Shown: piece by piece, positions 12,401 through 23,400 of the stretch | Layout of the letters: the number at the start of each line of letters is the position of its first letter | Position numbering within the stretch: the stretch's first letter is position 1 | NCBI GenBank assembly: GCA_002269645.1 | Contig: NIVC01003019.1 | Coordinates: forward strand, 60,947 to 124,946 | Length of the DNA: 64,000 bases | Direction: 5' to 3' | From: Macrostomum lignano | Lineage: Eukaryota | The notes under the pieces: generated by a model | The model's database searches: none | Seen by the model: only the letters and a program-made list of their open reading frames with translations | Told to the model about the DNA's origin: nothing | Position numbers and translations under genes: made by a program

Positions 12401-15400
12401 TCAAATTAAAATATGTAGTCTAGGGAAGTTTGACTTTATACCAGTGTGCTACTCCTTTCTTTGAAAACCAGAAGTTAGAGGGGTTTAATTATATTTCGCT
12501 TATTTGCAAATGCCATGCTTTTTACTTCGGGTCAGTTATGTAACACTTGGTTATCAGCTGAAAATGTTTTTTTCTTGTTAAAATGCTTTGGATTTGCATT
12601 GCTTCTGAACATTTCGAGTCTGTGACTTATTACCCTGCCCTTGTTTGAAATAAGTCAAGACTCTTGAGTCGTGACCTACTTACTAGTCGTGTCGTGAACT
12701 TTAAATAATCTGCCCTCCTCTGTCTGTTTACCGTTTTGTCTCTCTCTCTCTCCCTCTCTCTCGGTCCAGTTCAATTTGGGTGTTCTTATCTCTCTCTCTT
12801 CCTCTCGCCGGCTTCTGATTGGCTCATTGGCTCTTCAACTTTACCACCCCTCTTTCCTCAGTCGCGCCTCCACTTCACCCCTCCTTATCATAGCCCGGGC
12901 CCCCCTATAAATGTAAGATAATTAGTAAACTTGTTTTGGCCTAGTGGCACAGCCATTCACTTTAGTCTAATTTAAGTTTAACTCATCCTATTCAACCAGC
13001 TAATTATACGTTTATTGCGGTCTTATAAAGTGATTTTCTAAACAGGAGATTTCAACAGAACAAATAGCAGTATTAGAGTATACTGTTGGCGGTCTCACCC
13101 TTTTTGAATATCGCCCACTGGTGCAACATTCAGCGTGGTCTCCCAGAAAAGAAACTTCGACATCAGCAAGCTGACAATCAGCTAAAAACAACAGAGCAAT
13201 GCTACTTGTAAGTGGAAAGTCTAAACATGTTTGTTTATTGAATATGAATACCAGCAAACAAAAAATTTTAAACTCACCACGAGAATATCAATAGGAATCG
13301 GCATTCGAATGTACCTGATGCAACGTTCGTTAATAATTTTAACAACTAACAGAATCAGAAAGAAAAATACGAATATTACGAGGGTCGGAACGTTCACTTT
13401 TGAGTCCAGAGTCTCTTTGATAGCTTCGATGAAGTACTGAAATAGAAAAAAACAATGTTAAAGCATTTACTGCTGTCCTCCAGTTAACAGAATATCAACT
13501 AAACAAGCTTAGTGCAAACAAACATACCTAATCAGGACCAAATTTACGAGAAAACGATCTGAAAGCACCTAATCTACAGGGAAACTATCTGCAATCACCC
13601 AATCTGCAGGTAAACTATCTACAATCACCCAATCTACAGGGAAACAATCTACAACCACCTAATCTACAGGGAAACTATCTGCAATCACCCAATCTGCAGG
13701 TAAACTATCTACAATCACCCAATCTACAGGGAAACAATCTACAACCACCTAATCTACAGGGAAACTATCTGCAATCACCCAATCTGCAGGAAAACGATCT
13801 GCAACCACCTAATCTACAGGTAAACTATCTACAATCATCCAATCTACAGGGAAGCGATCTGCAATCACCCAATCTACAAGGAAACGATCTACAATGACCC
13901 AATGTTTGAGGAAACGATCTACAATCATCCAATCTAAGAAGAAACGATTTTCAATGTCCCAGTCAGTGGACACAAACATTTATAAGATAAGGGAACAACT
14001 TCTTACCAGAAAGAATTTTCCGTTGCCACTAATGGTTGGAATCGGCGCCCCAAGAATATTGCGCAGCTGGCTGCTGACAATGTGCAGCGCTGCGCCGCAA
14101 GCGAAAGCTCCGTTGATCGGGTCGGACAGGTAGATGGAGAGAAAGCCGAACTGCATGAAGCCAAGAAGAAGCTGCAGAGCACCGGCGATCATAGTAACAC
14201 TTAGGGCCACTCTATCGTTTGCGTCATCTCTGCTGATGCAGGCTACAGCGGCATAAGGGGAGATAGCAAATGCTCTATTGACTGGCAGGTAAGTTTGAGA
14301 ATATTAAACAGTTACTACTAGAGTCTACTTATTGAAAATACCAAATATCCAACCTATCTAACAAGCCAAGAAAGTACGAACTATAATTAATCTTTTAATA
14401 CTATGAACCCTATAACCCCAACCTCAGAAATCATTCTTAAATGAGAAAATTACTAAAAATGTTAGTAGCCCGAACAGTTATCACTTAAAAGCAGTTAATA
14501 ACACTAAAATACTACTCACTATCGAAGGCAGTAGTATTGCTATCTCCGTAGGCTGTGGTTGCAGTGGTAATCCCAGCCACTGTGGTCAACGCATCTCCGG
14601 CCAGCGTGGTGAAGTTGATGTCCATTGTCGTCGAGTTCGGGGCAGCGCACAGGCCAGCGCCGTTAGGGTACACCTGCTCGATGCCAGCACGGACGGCCTC
14701 GCCGACGAGCAGAGACACGGCACCCTGGCTAGCTGCGGGTCATTGAGAAGCTTGCAACTATAGGTTCACTGCCTGCAGCTACGAGGGAGAATCAAAAAGT
14801 TCTGTCACTTTCCTAACTAGAAACAAAACAAACAACGACGTAACTGTTAATCGTCCTGCACTTTCTCAACAAAGTTCCCACGCAGTGACACACACATGGC
14901 TCAGCGCTCTGGTAGCTTCTGAATGCCCGCAGCGTACCAGTCTTCACCATGGTGTTTGCACCACTGATTCCTCACTGAAGATGCCAGTGCAGTCACAGAA
15001 GCCCAGTGGCGCCCTCGCAGCGAGTTTTTTCAGCGCCGGAAACAGCCAGAAGTCCGATGGGGCCAGGTCTGGCGAATGAGCAGGGTGAGGGAGCTGCTCG
15101 AACCCCAGCTCGCGGATGGCACAGCCTGCGCCTTGTGACAGGTTCTTGTGACCTCTTCTTGATTTCCTCCTTCAGCTGGCGCAATGTGGCAACACGTAGG
15201 AGTCTCCCGTGACCATCCGCTTCTCAGGCAGCCACTCGATCAGCAGCACCCCTGGCCGATCTTACAAGATGGTGCCTATTCGCTTCTTCATTGATGGGAC
15301 TGCCTTGGCCTTCAACGGAGTGGGCTCATCGGGGCGCTTCCACTGCATGCTTTGAGCTTTGGTCTCCGGCTCGTACAAGGAAAACATCGACTCATCCCCC

Positions 15401-17313
15401 GTCACGGTAGAGTCGAGAAACTCTTGGCGGTGCTGCATCAGGTGGAGTAGGTGCTGACATGCCTGCATCCGATGGCGCTGTATCAGGAGTCAGAAGTTTT
15501 GGCACCCATCTGGCACAAACCTTCGACATTCCCAGCTGGACCGTCAGCATGGACTTTGCGCTACCATAACTAATGCCACAGGCCTCTGCTATCTCAGCAA
15601 TAGTCACTCGCCTGTCTTCATCAAGGAGGCTCCGGACGCTGTCGATAACACTGGTTGGGTCTGCCACTGCGAGGTTCGTCTTTAAAATCACTTCTGTCTC
15701 CTTCAAAACTGTGAATCCAGCGGGTGATGGTGCGATATGACGGTGCAGACTCTCCGTGTTGCTCACGCAAGCTGGCTTCAATTTCCTTTGCTGCTCTGCC
15801 ACGTCTCCACTCATAATGGATGACGGCATGTATGGCTTCGCTTGAGACTGACATGGTCACTCAAGGGTGGTTAAGAAAAAATGTTGCAGATTCTTGAAAG
15901 AGTGGCTTAATAAATTTATGGTTAAGTAGGGGACATGTGTCTATAGTAACAACTAAAATCAATTGAAGTGAACCCCCATGTGCTGAAAATATTAAGCAAT
16001 GACAGAACTTTTTGATCGCCCCTCGTACGTAGGTCTTCAGTAGGTCTGGTGTATCTCAGTCCCAAACAAGACTCACAAAATTGTATCCAACTTCTTATTG
16101 GAATCTCATTTTTCAAGCTCCCTATATACTTACTCATGTTAACGTGATTCGAAGTGCCGAATATGAAATAGATGGTCATGGCAAAGAAAGCAGAGTAGAA
16201 ACCGGCCTGGGGCCGCATGTTGGCGAGAAGCGAGTAGGCAATGGCTGAAATCGAAGTCGCAAGGGTGGCAGTCGTATAGTTTGTTATTTGTATTTTGGTA
16301 TGTTACGAGTATGCTACAGATTTTGTATCGAAATTTACTGAGAATAAATCCCTATCAAAGCAAGCTGAGGTACAGATTTAAGCAGAGGTTCAAACAGCTC
16401 ACCTTGAGAAATTATCAACAGACTCAAACAGCTCAACCTGAGAAATGATCAACAGACTCAAAAGCAGCTCACCCTGAGAAATGATCAACAGACTCAAAAG
16501 CAGCTCACCCTGAGACATGATCAACAGACTCAAAAGCAACTCACCCTGAGTAATGATCAACAGACTCAAAAGCAGCTCACCCTGAGAAATGATCAACAGA
16601 CTCAAAAGCAGCTCACCCTGACAAAATGATCAACAGACTCAAAAGCAACTCACCCTGAGGAATGATCAACAGAATCAAAAACAGCTCACCCTGAGAAATG
16701 ATCAACAGACTCAAAAGCAGCTCACCCTGAGTAATGATCAACAGACTCAAAAGCAGCTCACCCTGACAAAATGATCAACAGACTCAAAAGCAGTTCACCC
16801 TGAGAAATGATCAACAGACTCAAAAGCAACTCACTCTGACAAAATGATCAACAGACTCAAAACCAGCTCACCCTGAGGAATGATGAACAATCCAACGCTG
16901 ATCCCAGATAGCAGATCGTAGGGCCCATACTCTCTGATGTCGTAGTTCAGCAGCACCTTCAGACACGGGAACACCTTGGCGGCGATGCCCAAGGCGATGG
17001 CCCGTTTGTCCTTGATCTCCTTTCCCGCCTTGCGCTCGTCCATGAGGTTCTGCACGTGCGCCTTCTGCTCTTCTGGCTCCATTTTGTTCTGAAAAGTCTC
17101 CTCGAGCTGCACCTCGGTGAAGGCGGGCCGGGAGGCGATTTTGCCGCCTGCCGTCGCTTCGGCGTCGTTGCGGATGCCCGCATCGTTGAGCTGCAGACGG
17201 AGGTCGGTGGGGATCTTCCGGCTTCGACGACTCACCGAGCCGCCGCCGCCTCCGTTGGAAGAGGGCGGCCCGAGACCATCGCCGCCGTTTGATGGTGCAG
17301 AGGGACCGGACAT
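9484..17313 (-). CDS. SLC26 sulfate/anion transporter with STAS domain, copy A (14 exons; last exon frameshifted relative to copy B)
   Basis: Exons (minus): 17313-16872, 16244-16134, 14732-14520, 14242-14007, 13436-13278, 13181-13099, 12181-11833, 11737-11642, 11554-11378, 11251-11003, 10907-10542, 10470-10367, 10129-9973, 9768-9484. All introns are GT-AG with consistent phases. SLC26 motifs include IPQAIAYSLLA, GFLSIYLSDP, IDPNQEMIAYG, GKTQ, IFRTQ, FDGSLYFASAE and IILDMSACAFTDAVG. The frame homologous to copy B ends GFESETKF* at 9560. Confidence 0.93.
12780..12925. repeat. Dispersed repeat fragment in SLC26-A intron 6, related to 1-125
   Basis: Shares ttctgattggctc, cctctttcctcagtcgcg and ctccac..cccc..cttatc with 1-110, followed by a TATA-like ctataaatg. 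Confidence 0.5.
13550..13935. repeat. 30-bp minisatellite in SLC26-A intron 4 (AATCTACAGGGAAACTATCTGCAATCACCC)
   Basis: Directly visible tandem units. Confidence 0.9.
14782..16025 (-). mobile_element. Mariner DNA transposon, ~1.24 kb, degenerate transposase (irritans/Hsmar2-like motifs)
   Basis: TIRs CGAGGGAGAATCAAAAAGTTCTGTCA and CGAGGGGCGATCAAAAAGTTCTGTCA are flanked by TA (14780-81, 16026-27). Frameshifted transposase pieces show PRSGRP, CARWVPKLLT, VTGDES..YEPETKAQSMQW and HSPDLAPSDFWLFP. The second-Asp (HDNA) region appears deleted. Confidence 0.93.
16395..16871 (-). repeat. 36-bp minisatellite built from the exon1/intron1 junction (SLC26-A)
   Basis: The minus-strand unit is GTGAGCTGCTTTTGAGTCTGTTGATCATTTCTCAGG, about 13 copies, starting at the donor GT. 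Confidence 0.95.
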
Positions 17314-18239
17314 CGGGGATCAACTATTCTTTTCCTTCCCTAAAGTTCGACAAATATTTTAGGTGTCTTTATGTTTTTCTTACCGGTTTGAACTGACGAC
17401 TTTAGAGAGGATTGACAAGTAGTGCTAGTGATAGAATTGAGCGCAAAGGTGCTTGAGTGACACAGAAGAGCACACTAATGCTTGAGTGACAGAAATGTGA
17501 CAGCGTTGCTGGTGAGTGACAGCATAAGAATAGAAAGTACTCGTAGTACTGAAATGACAGCAAAGGACAGAGGTGATAAAATACGAGCTAATGCTATAAA
17601 TATTCATAATTAAACAATGGCACTGAGAAACTGGTCAAGTCTTACCAATAGAGTGGGCTGTTGCTTCTGCAATGTGAAACGCCTTTACAGGAAAAGTAGC
17701 AGTTCAAGATAAGTCGGTTGGTCACTAGCGGCAGAGGCGCGGCTCGTAGAAATTTATAGTCATCTTAAACCGAGTAAGACCTGCCGAGAATAGAAGAATA
17801 TAAGTGATGAATGCATAGTGTACAACAGAAAATGCTCACATGCCTCCCGCCCCACTTAAACGCACGATTTCATATAGCTAAGGGTTCAAGCGCACACAAT
17901 AGGGGGCCATACACCAGTAGCGAGTATTGCTCTTAAAGAGTTTGACTCACTGGCACCTGGTGGCAGGGTACCCCACCCCTCGCTTCGCCTTTTCACCTCT
18001 CTCCCTCGTTCATATCTTTCCTTTTTTCGTTTGTTTCTCAATCATGCAGGCTTCTAGAAGATTTCTGACAAAATAGAAGCACGTGTACTCGATTGAGCTG
18101 GCCAGCCCCGTTCGTTTCTTCTCTTGTTGGTTGTTGTCCAACGCTCTGGGTGGAATTTTACCGCGTCTTTCCAACTGGATTACGCAATCATAGGGATGCT
18201 TAGCAACCCCCTAAAAATACCAGACTAGTTATGCTAGTT

Positions 18240-19400
18240 AATCCTCCTTCTCCCATCGCTTGTCTCCCGTCTTCTATCTTCAATCTCCGATCTCCTTTCT
18301 CCCAGCTCCCATCTCCTTTTTCCCAACTCCCATTTCCCATCTCCTTTCTCCCAGCTCCCATCTCCCATCGCCTTTCTCCCAGCTCCCATCTCCTTTCTCC
18401 CAGCTCCCATCTCCCATCTCATTTCTCCCAGCTCCCATCTCCTTTCTCCCAGCTCCCATCTCCTTTCTCCCAGCTCCCATCTCCTTTCTCCCAGCTCCCA
18501 TCTCCTTTCTCCCAGCTCCCAGCTCCCATCTCCTTTCTCCCAGCTCCCATCTCATTTCTCCCAGCTCCCATCTCATTTCTTCCAGCTCCCATCTCCTTTC
18601 TCCCAGCTCCCATCTCCCATCTCCTTTCTCCCAGCTCCCATCTCCCATCTCCTTTCTCCCAGCTCCCATCTCCCATCTCCTTTCTCCCAGCTCCCATCTC
18701 CTTTCTCCCAGCTCCCATCTCCTTTCTCCCAGCTCCCATCTCCTTTCTCCCAGCTCCCATCTCCTTTCTCCCAGCTCCCATCTCCTTTCTCTCAGCTCCC
18801 ATCTCCTTTCTCCCAGCTCCCATCTCCTTTCTCCCAGCTCCCATCTTCTTTCTTCCATCTCCTTTCTCTCAACTCCTATTTCCCATCTCCTTTCTCCCAG
18901 CTGCCATCTCCTTTCTCCCAGCTCCCAGCTCCCATCTCCTTTCTCCCAGCTCCCATCTCCTTTCTCCCAGCTCCCATCTCCTTTCTCCCAGCTCCCATCT
19001 CCTTTCTCCCAGCTCCCATCTCCTTTCTCCCAGCTCCAATCTCCTTTCTCCCAGCTCCCATCTCATTTCTCCCAGCTCCCATCTTCTTTCTTCCATCTCC
19101 TTTCTCTCAACTCCTATTTCCCATACCCTTTCTCCCATCTCCCATCTTCCATTTCTTTTCTCCTATTTTATCTTCTTTCTCAACTCTTGCATCTTCTATC
19201 TTCCATCTCCCATCTCGAACCGATCCTTTCTCCCATTTCCCATCTCTTATCTCCTTACTCCCACCTCCTTTCTCCCATCTCCTATCTGCCATCTCCCATC
19301 TCCAGTCTCTCATCTCCCATCTCTTATCTCGCATCTCCTATCTCGCTACTTTCATCTCCCATCTTCCTTTGCTCACTTCCCGTCTCCCTTTCGCTCCTCG
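18240..19400 (+). repeat. CT-rich 21-bp minisatellite (CCAGCTCCCATCTCCTTTCTC) decaying into low complexity
   Basis: Directly visible tandem units between the two SLC26 copies. Confidence 0.93.
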
Positions 19401-19949
19401 CTCTTCCTTTATAATCTACTCTCTTTTAGTAACTAAATTTTTCCTTCTATTTTTCTCCTTGCCTTTTCACACATTTATTTTTATTTTAGTCGCAAAAAGT
19501 TTTTTTTCTGTTATCTGTTCTCTGAATCCACTCTTGCTAACATTTTCCTCTGCCCAAAGGAGCGCATCTCTGCTCTGTTAGAAAAAAATAAAGCCGAACT
19601 CAAATTTTGACAATACATAAAGTTCGTTGTGCTACATATCGAACAAATTGTAAAGATTCCCGTAGTACGAGTATAATTACAATATTGATTTGCAGTGTAA
19701 AATGTGACAGTTGATGCGCAAATTAAATCGATATAAAGTGGCGGCACAGTTTAACACATACTAAGGAATTTTTCCCTGATTTTCGGGTCACGTCTTGAAC
19801 AATAGAAGAGTAATAAAAACTTAAAACAAATGAAAAGAGTTAAGAACTTTATTTTAAAATATACACGTAAAATACTATTTGAAAGGCACTAATTTGTCTT
19901 TAAAAAGCGTCGTTATTATAAATAACACAGTAGTTGACGACTTAATACG

Positions 19950-20345
19950 TTTATGTAGTGGGTTTAGGGTCGGTAGGTTTATGGTGTAGTGTTTTTATAG
20001 TTGTCGGTAGGTTTATGGTGTAGTGGGTATAGTTTTCGGTAGTTTTATGGTGTAGTGGGTTTATAGTTGTCGGTAGGTTTATGGTGCAGTGGATATAGTT
20101 GTCGGTAGGTTTATGGTGCAGTGGATATAGCTGTCGGTAGGTTTATGGTGTAGTGGGTTTATAGTTTTCGGTAGGTTTATGGTGTAGTGGGTTTATAGTT
20201 GTCGGTAGGTTTATGGTGTAGTGGTTATAGTTTTCGGTATGTTTATGGTGTAGTGTTTTTATAGTTGTCGGTAGGTTCATGATACAGTGGGTATAGTTTT
20301 CGGTAGGTTTATGGTGTAGTGGATTTAGTGTCCGTAGGTTCATGG
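19950..20345 (+). repeat. ~32-34-bp minisatellite (GTCGGTAGGTTTATGGTGTAGTGGGTTTATAGTT)
   Basis: Directly visible tandem units just 3' of the SLC26-B stop. Confidence 0.9.
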
Positions 20346-20430
20346 TTTAATGGGTTTCGTGCTGGTACATGTAGGCCACATGATCACTATCACGAGACTA
20401 CAGCGGCTAAGCTGCTAAACTCAGTCTGTT

Positions 20431-23400
20431 TTAAAATTTTGTCTCGCCCTCGAATCCGGAATTGTCCAGTCCCGGGTGGCCGTCCCTGCCGTCAATGTTG
20501 CCCGCGTCTTGGGACAGCACGAATTTCGCAGCCTGTGGCCCCGCTGTCAGCTGTCCATCTGCAGTCGGCCTGTTGGCACTGTTATTGGACTCGGTCAGTG
20601 TTGGCATGCTCATCACCTGATTGATGATAGCAAGATAGAGCTTTTTATTGGTACATAGGCCTTCCGACTCGTGCTCTGTACCACATTAATTTTCTTCTAT
20701 CCCTTATTACGTCTGCTTAACCCGTGTTGTATCACTATTCCCCTCCGCCCATTTAAACTCTCCACCACCCTCTGACCCTCAATCACTCTCTGACCCTCCC
20801 CCACTCTCTGACCCTCAATCACTCTCTGACCCTCCGCCACTCTCTGACCCTCCCCACTCTCTGACTCTCACTCACTCTCTGACCCTCCCCCACTCTCTGA
20901 CCCTCAATCACTCTCTGACCCTCAATTACTCTCTGACCCTCACTCACTCTCTGACTCCCCCACTCTCTGACCCTCCCCCACTCTCTGACCCTCCCCCACT
21001 CTCTGACCCTCCCCCACTCTCTGACCCTCACTCACTCTCTGACCCTCTGACCCTTCCCCTCTCTCAACCACTCTTTGTTACCACCGCTTCTGTCAGTCCC
21101 TCAGCCCTCCAGCTCGTCCTTAACAACGAGTTGCAAGAGTAGCCTATATAGCTAGGTGCATCTCACCTGCTGCATGGTCCACGGAGGAGCGCTCTGCCCC
21201 TGGCCCGACTGAAGTTCGGCGTTTGAATTCCGTCGCCAGGTTTCGTAGCGAATTAGGCGGCGCCTGTCGCGAGCCAATTCTGCCGCTGACTGCTTCGCCT
21301 TGTGGAGGCTGGCGGCGGCGCTGTGGACGGCAAGGTAGAGGGAGTTGGGATTTTGGTGAGCAGCAGGATTTTAGGCACCGGTAGTGGTAGAACGTTGATG
21401 GGTGGCGGGTCGATGGGGATAGCGGGTTGATGGGGTTGTCAGTTGGATCGGTTCTGTGGATTGCCTGATCGATAATCTGCGAAATGCGCTGACTTAAAAA
21501 TTAGATTATCACAGTACTCACCCTTCAGTAGCAGTACCTTCCTGAGTGGAAGCGGCTGCACTGCCTTCCTGAGGATGAGACCCATGCCGGTGTTTATCTT
21601 CGTCTTCGAGTAATTTGGCCTCATCCTGTGAGCAAAGAAAAAGTCCAGGTATCGGTATCGTATCGGTTAACTCATAATCAGTTTATCTTAGCTCGAAATT
21701 ACCTGCAAGAGCTCGTGGTAGAATAAGGACAGGGCGTGAATGACGGCGTCGTGAACTGTTACGAAGAGTCCCTCTTCACTTCGCTTGGCGTAAAAGTTCG
21801 CCTTCCTGAGCTGAGACCTCACCAACCAGGTGCAGCCGCTCAGGTAAATCTCAACGCCGATTTTGCTAAAATCGTCGACAATTTGAGACAGCAGGCGGAT
21901 GCCCACAGCGTCGGTGAAAGCGCAGGCGGACATGTCCAGAATGATGCAGAAGACGTTTACTGTGGACGCCGTCTCCTCATTCTCGGAGTGATAGGCCACC
22001 GATTCGAAGTGAGCGCGCTTCTCTTCTACCGGTAAGGCTACCTGGGCTACGATACGGGCTTCGGCCACCTGAAGGCAAAAAATGGGATTGCTGATTAGAG
22101 AAGGTTAGGGTTTGCTGCCTCACTATGGAATTCTGCTTTGGCACTTCCATCACGAGCTTTCTTTTGGCCCTCAACTTTCCCTTACCGAATGGCTGCCCTC
22201 CTCGGCCACGACTTCGAGTATCCGCCGAACTCCCTCGGCCTGCAGCATGTCAGTCCTCAGGTCGACCTCTCCGCGACCCCGACCTTCCCGTTTGGCTCTG
22301 GTCTTCGCCTTGGCTAAAATCCGTTTCGGGTTCATAGCCACCTGGCGGTAGAGTCTGTTGCGGTAGTTTTCTGCGCTGGCAAAGTACAGGGAGCCCTCGA
22401 ATTTGAAGATCTTCAGGCCGGGTATTTGCTCGGCCTGGAGTTGAAAGGAGGAGAATCGAGTGGGACTTCTCACTAATTGAGTCTGGTCTGCGATGTCGCA
22501 GCTTGAAAGTCAGCAGTCAATAACGCCCTTTACCGGAGAACTTGGTCAATTACAACCAGGGATCTCGATTAAAGACTTGCCTTTTTATGCTTCTTAATAT
22601 TTCTGTAGATATCCGTGTTAGGCAATCGGCCAAGCAGATAAGCCTTGGGCGCCTGAGTCCTGAAGATGACGGTGGCCAGCGAGAAGACGACTCCGATGAG
22701 CAGGCCGATGGGCAGGTCGAGGCCGAGAATGCCAGCCAGCGTCACCAGAAATATCGCCTGAAATAGTTACGGAGCTTCCAGGGTTGACAAAGTGATCTGG
22801 GGGAAAATGTGAGCTTAGAAACTTACTTTAAACGTGTATTTAGTAACACGTAAAAAAAGGAGTCGCGATCAAGACTCAGAAAATTTTGTGCAACTGAGCT
22901 GAGTAACCTTTGCTCAATGAATATTCCTAACACTTGAAACCCTAACCTAACCATAGCGAAATTTTTATGCGGTATTTGCAGTTTTAGATTCAGGTCAGTC
23001 ACAAGTTATTGACTTTGCTTAAATTATAAGGTATTATTCAACCCAATGACCAGACCCTAAGGAAAAGACTTCTATAACTGATCTGAGGGAATCGCATCGG
23101 AGCAAGAAACTGCAAAACCTGATAAAAAGTATTGAATAACAGCCTCAGTGTACGGCTGCGCATCAATTACTTATAAAAATGCATGGTAATTGAGCATTTG
23201 ACTACTTTCGAATGGGTTTCCAAAAGTTGTTAGTCTCGCTTATAGATCCATTGAAACTAATCTATTCAGCAATCTAACTCAGGCTGGACTTTGCAGCATC
23301 AAAAGGCACAGAAGTGAAGCAATAACAGGTGACTTAAGAATGTGTGAAGGAACCACGAGCATACAAAAGTGCCCTAAAATTAGTCGTAGCAGTCTGATCA

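Noticed and set aside
18231-19436. 401-aa and 384-aa ORFs
   Set aside because: They arise from a 21-bp CT-rich array and are open in several frames at once.
22069-22185. 117-bp STAS-loop intron (multiple of 3) as a retained coding segment
   Set aside because: In-frame stops occur in both paralogs (TGA in copy B, TAA in copy A).
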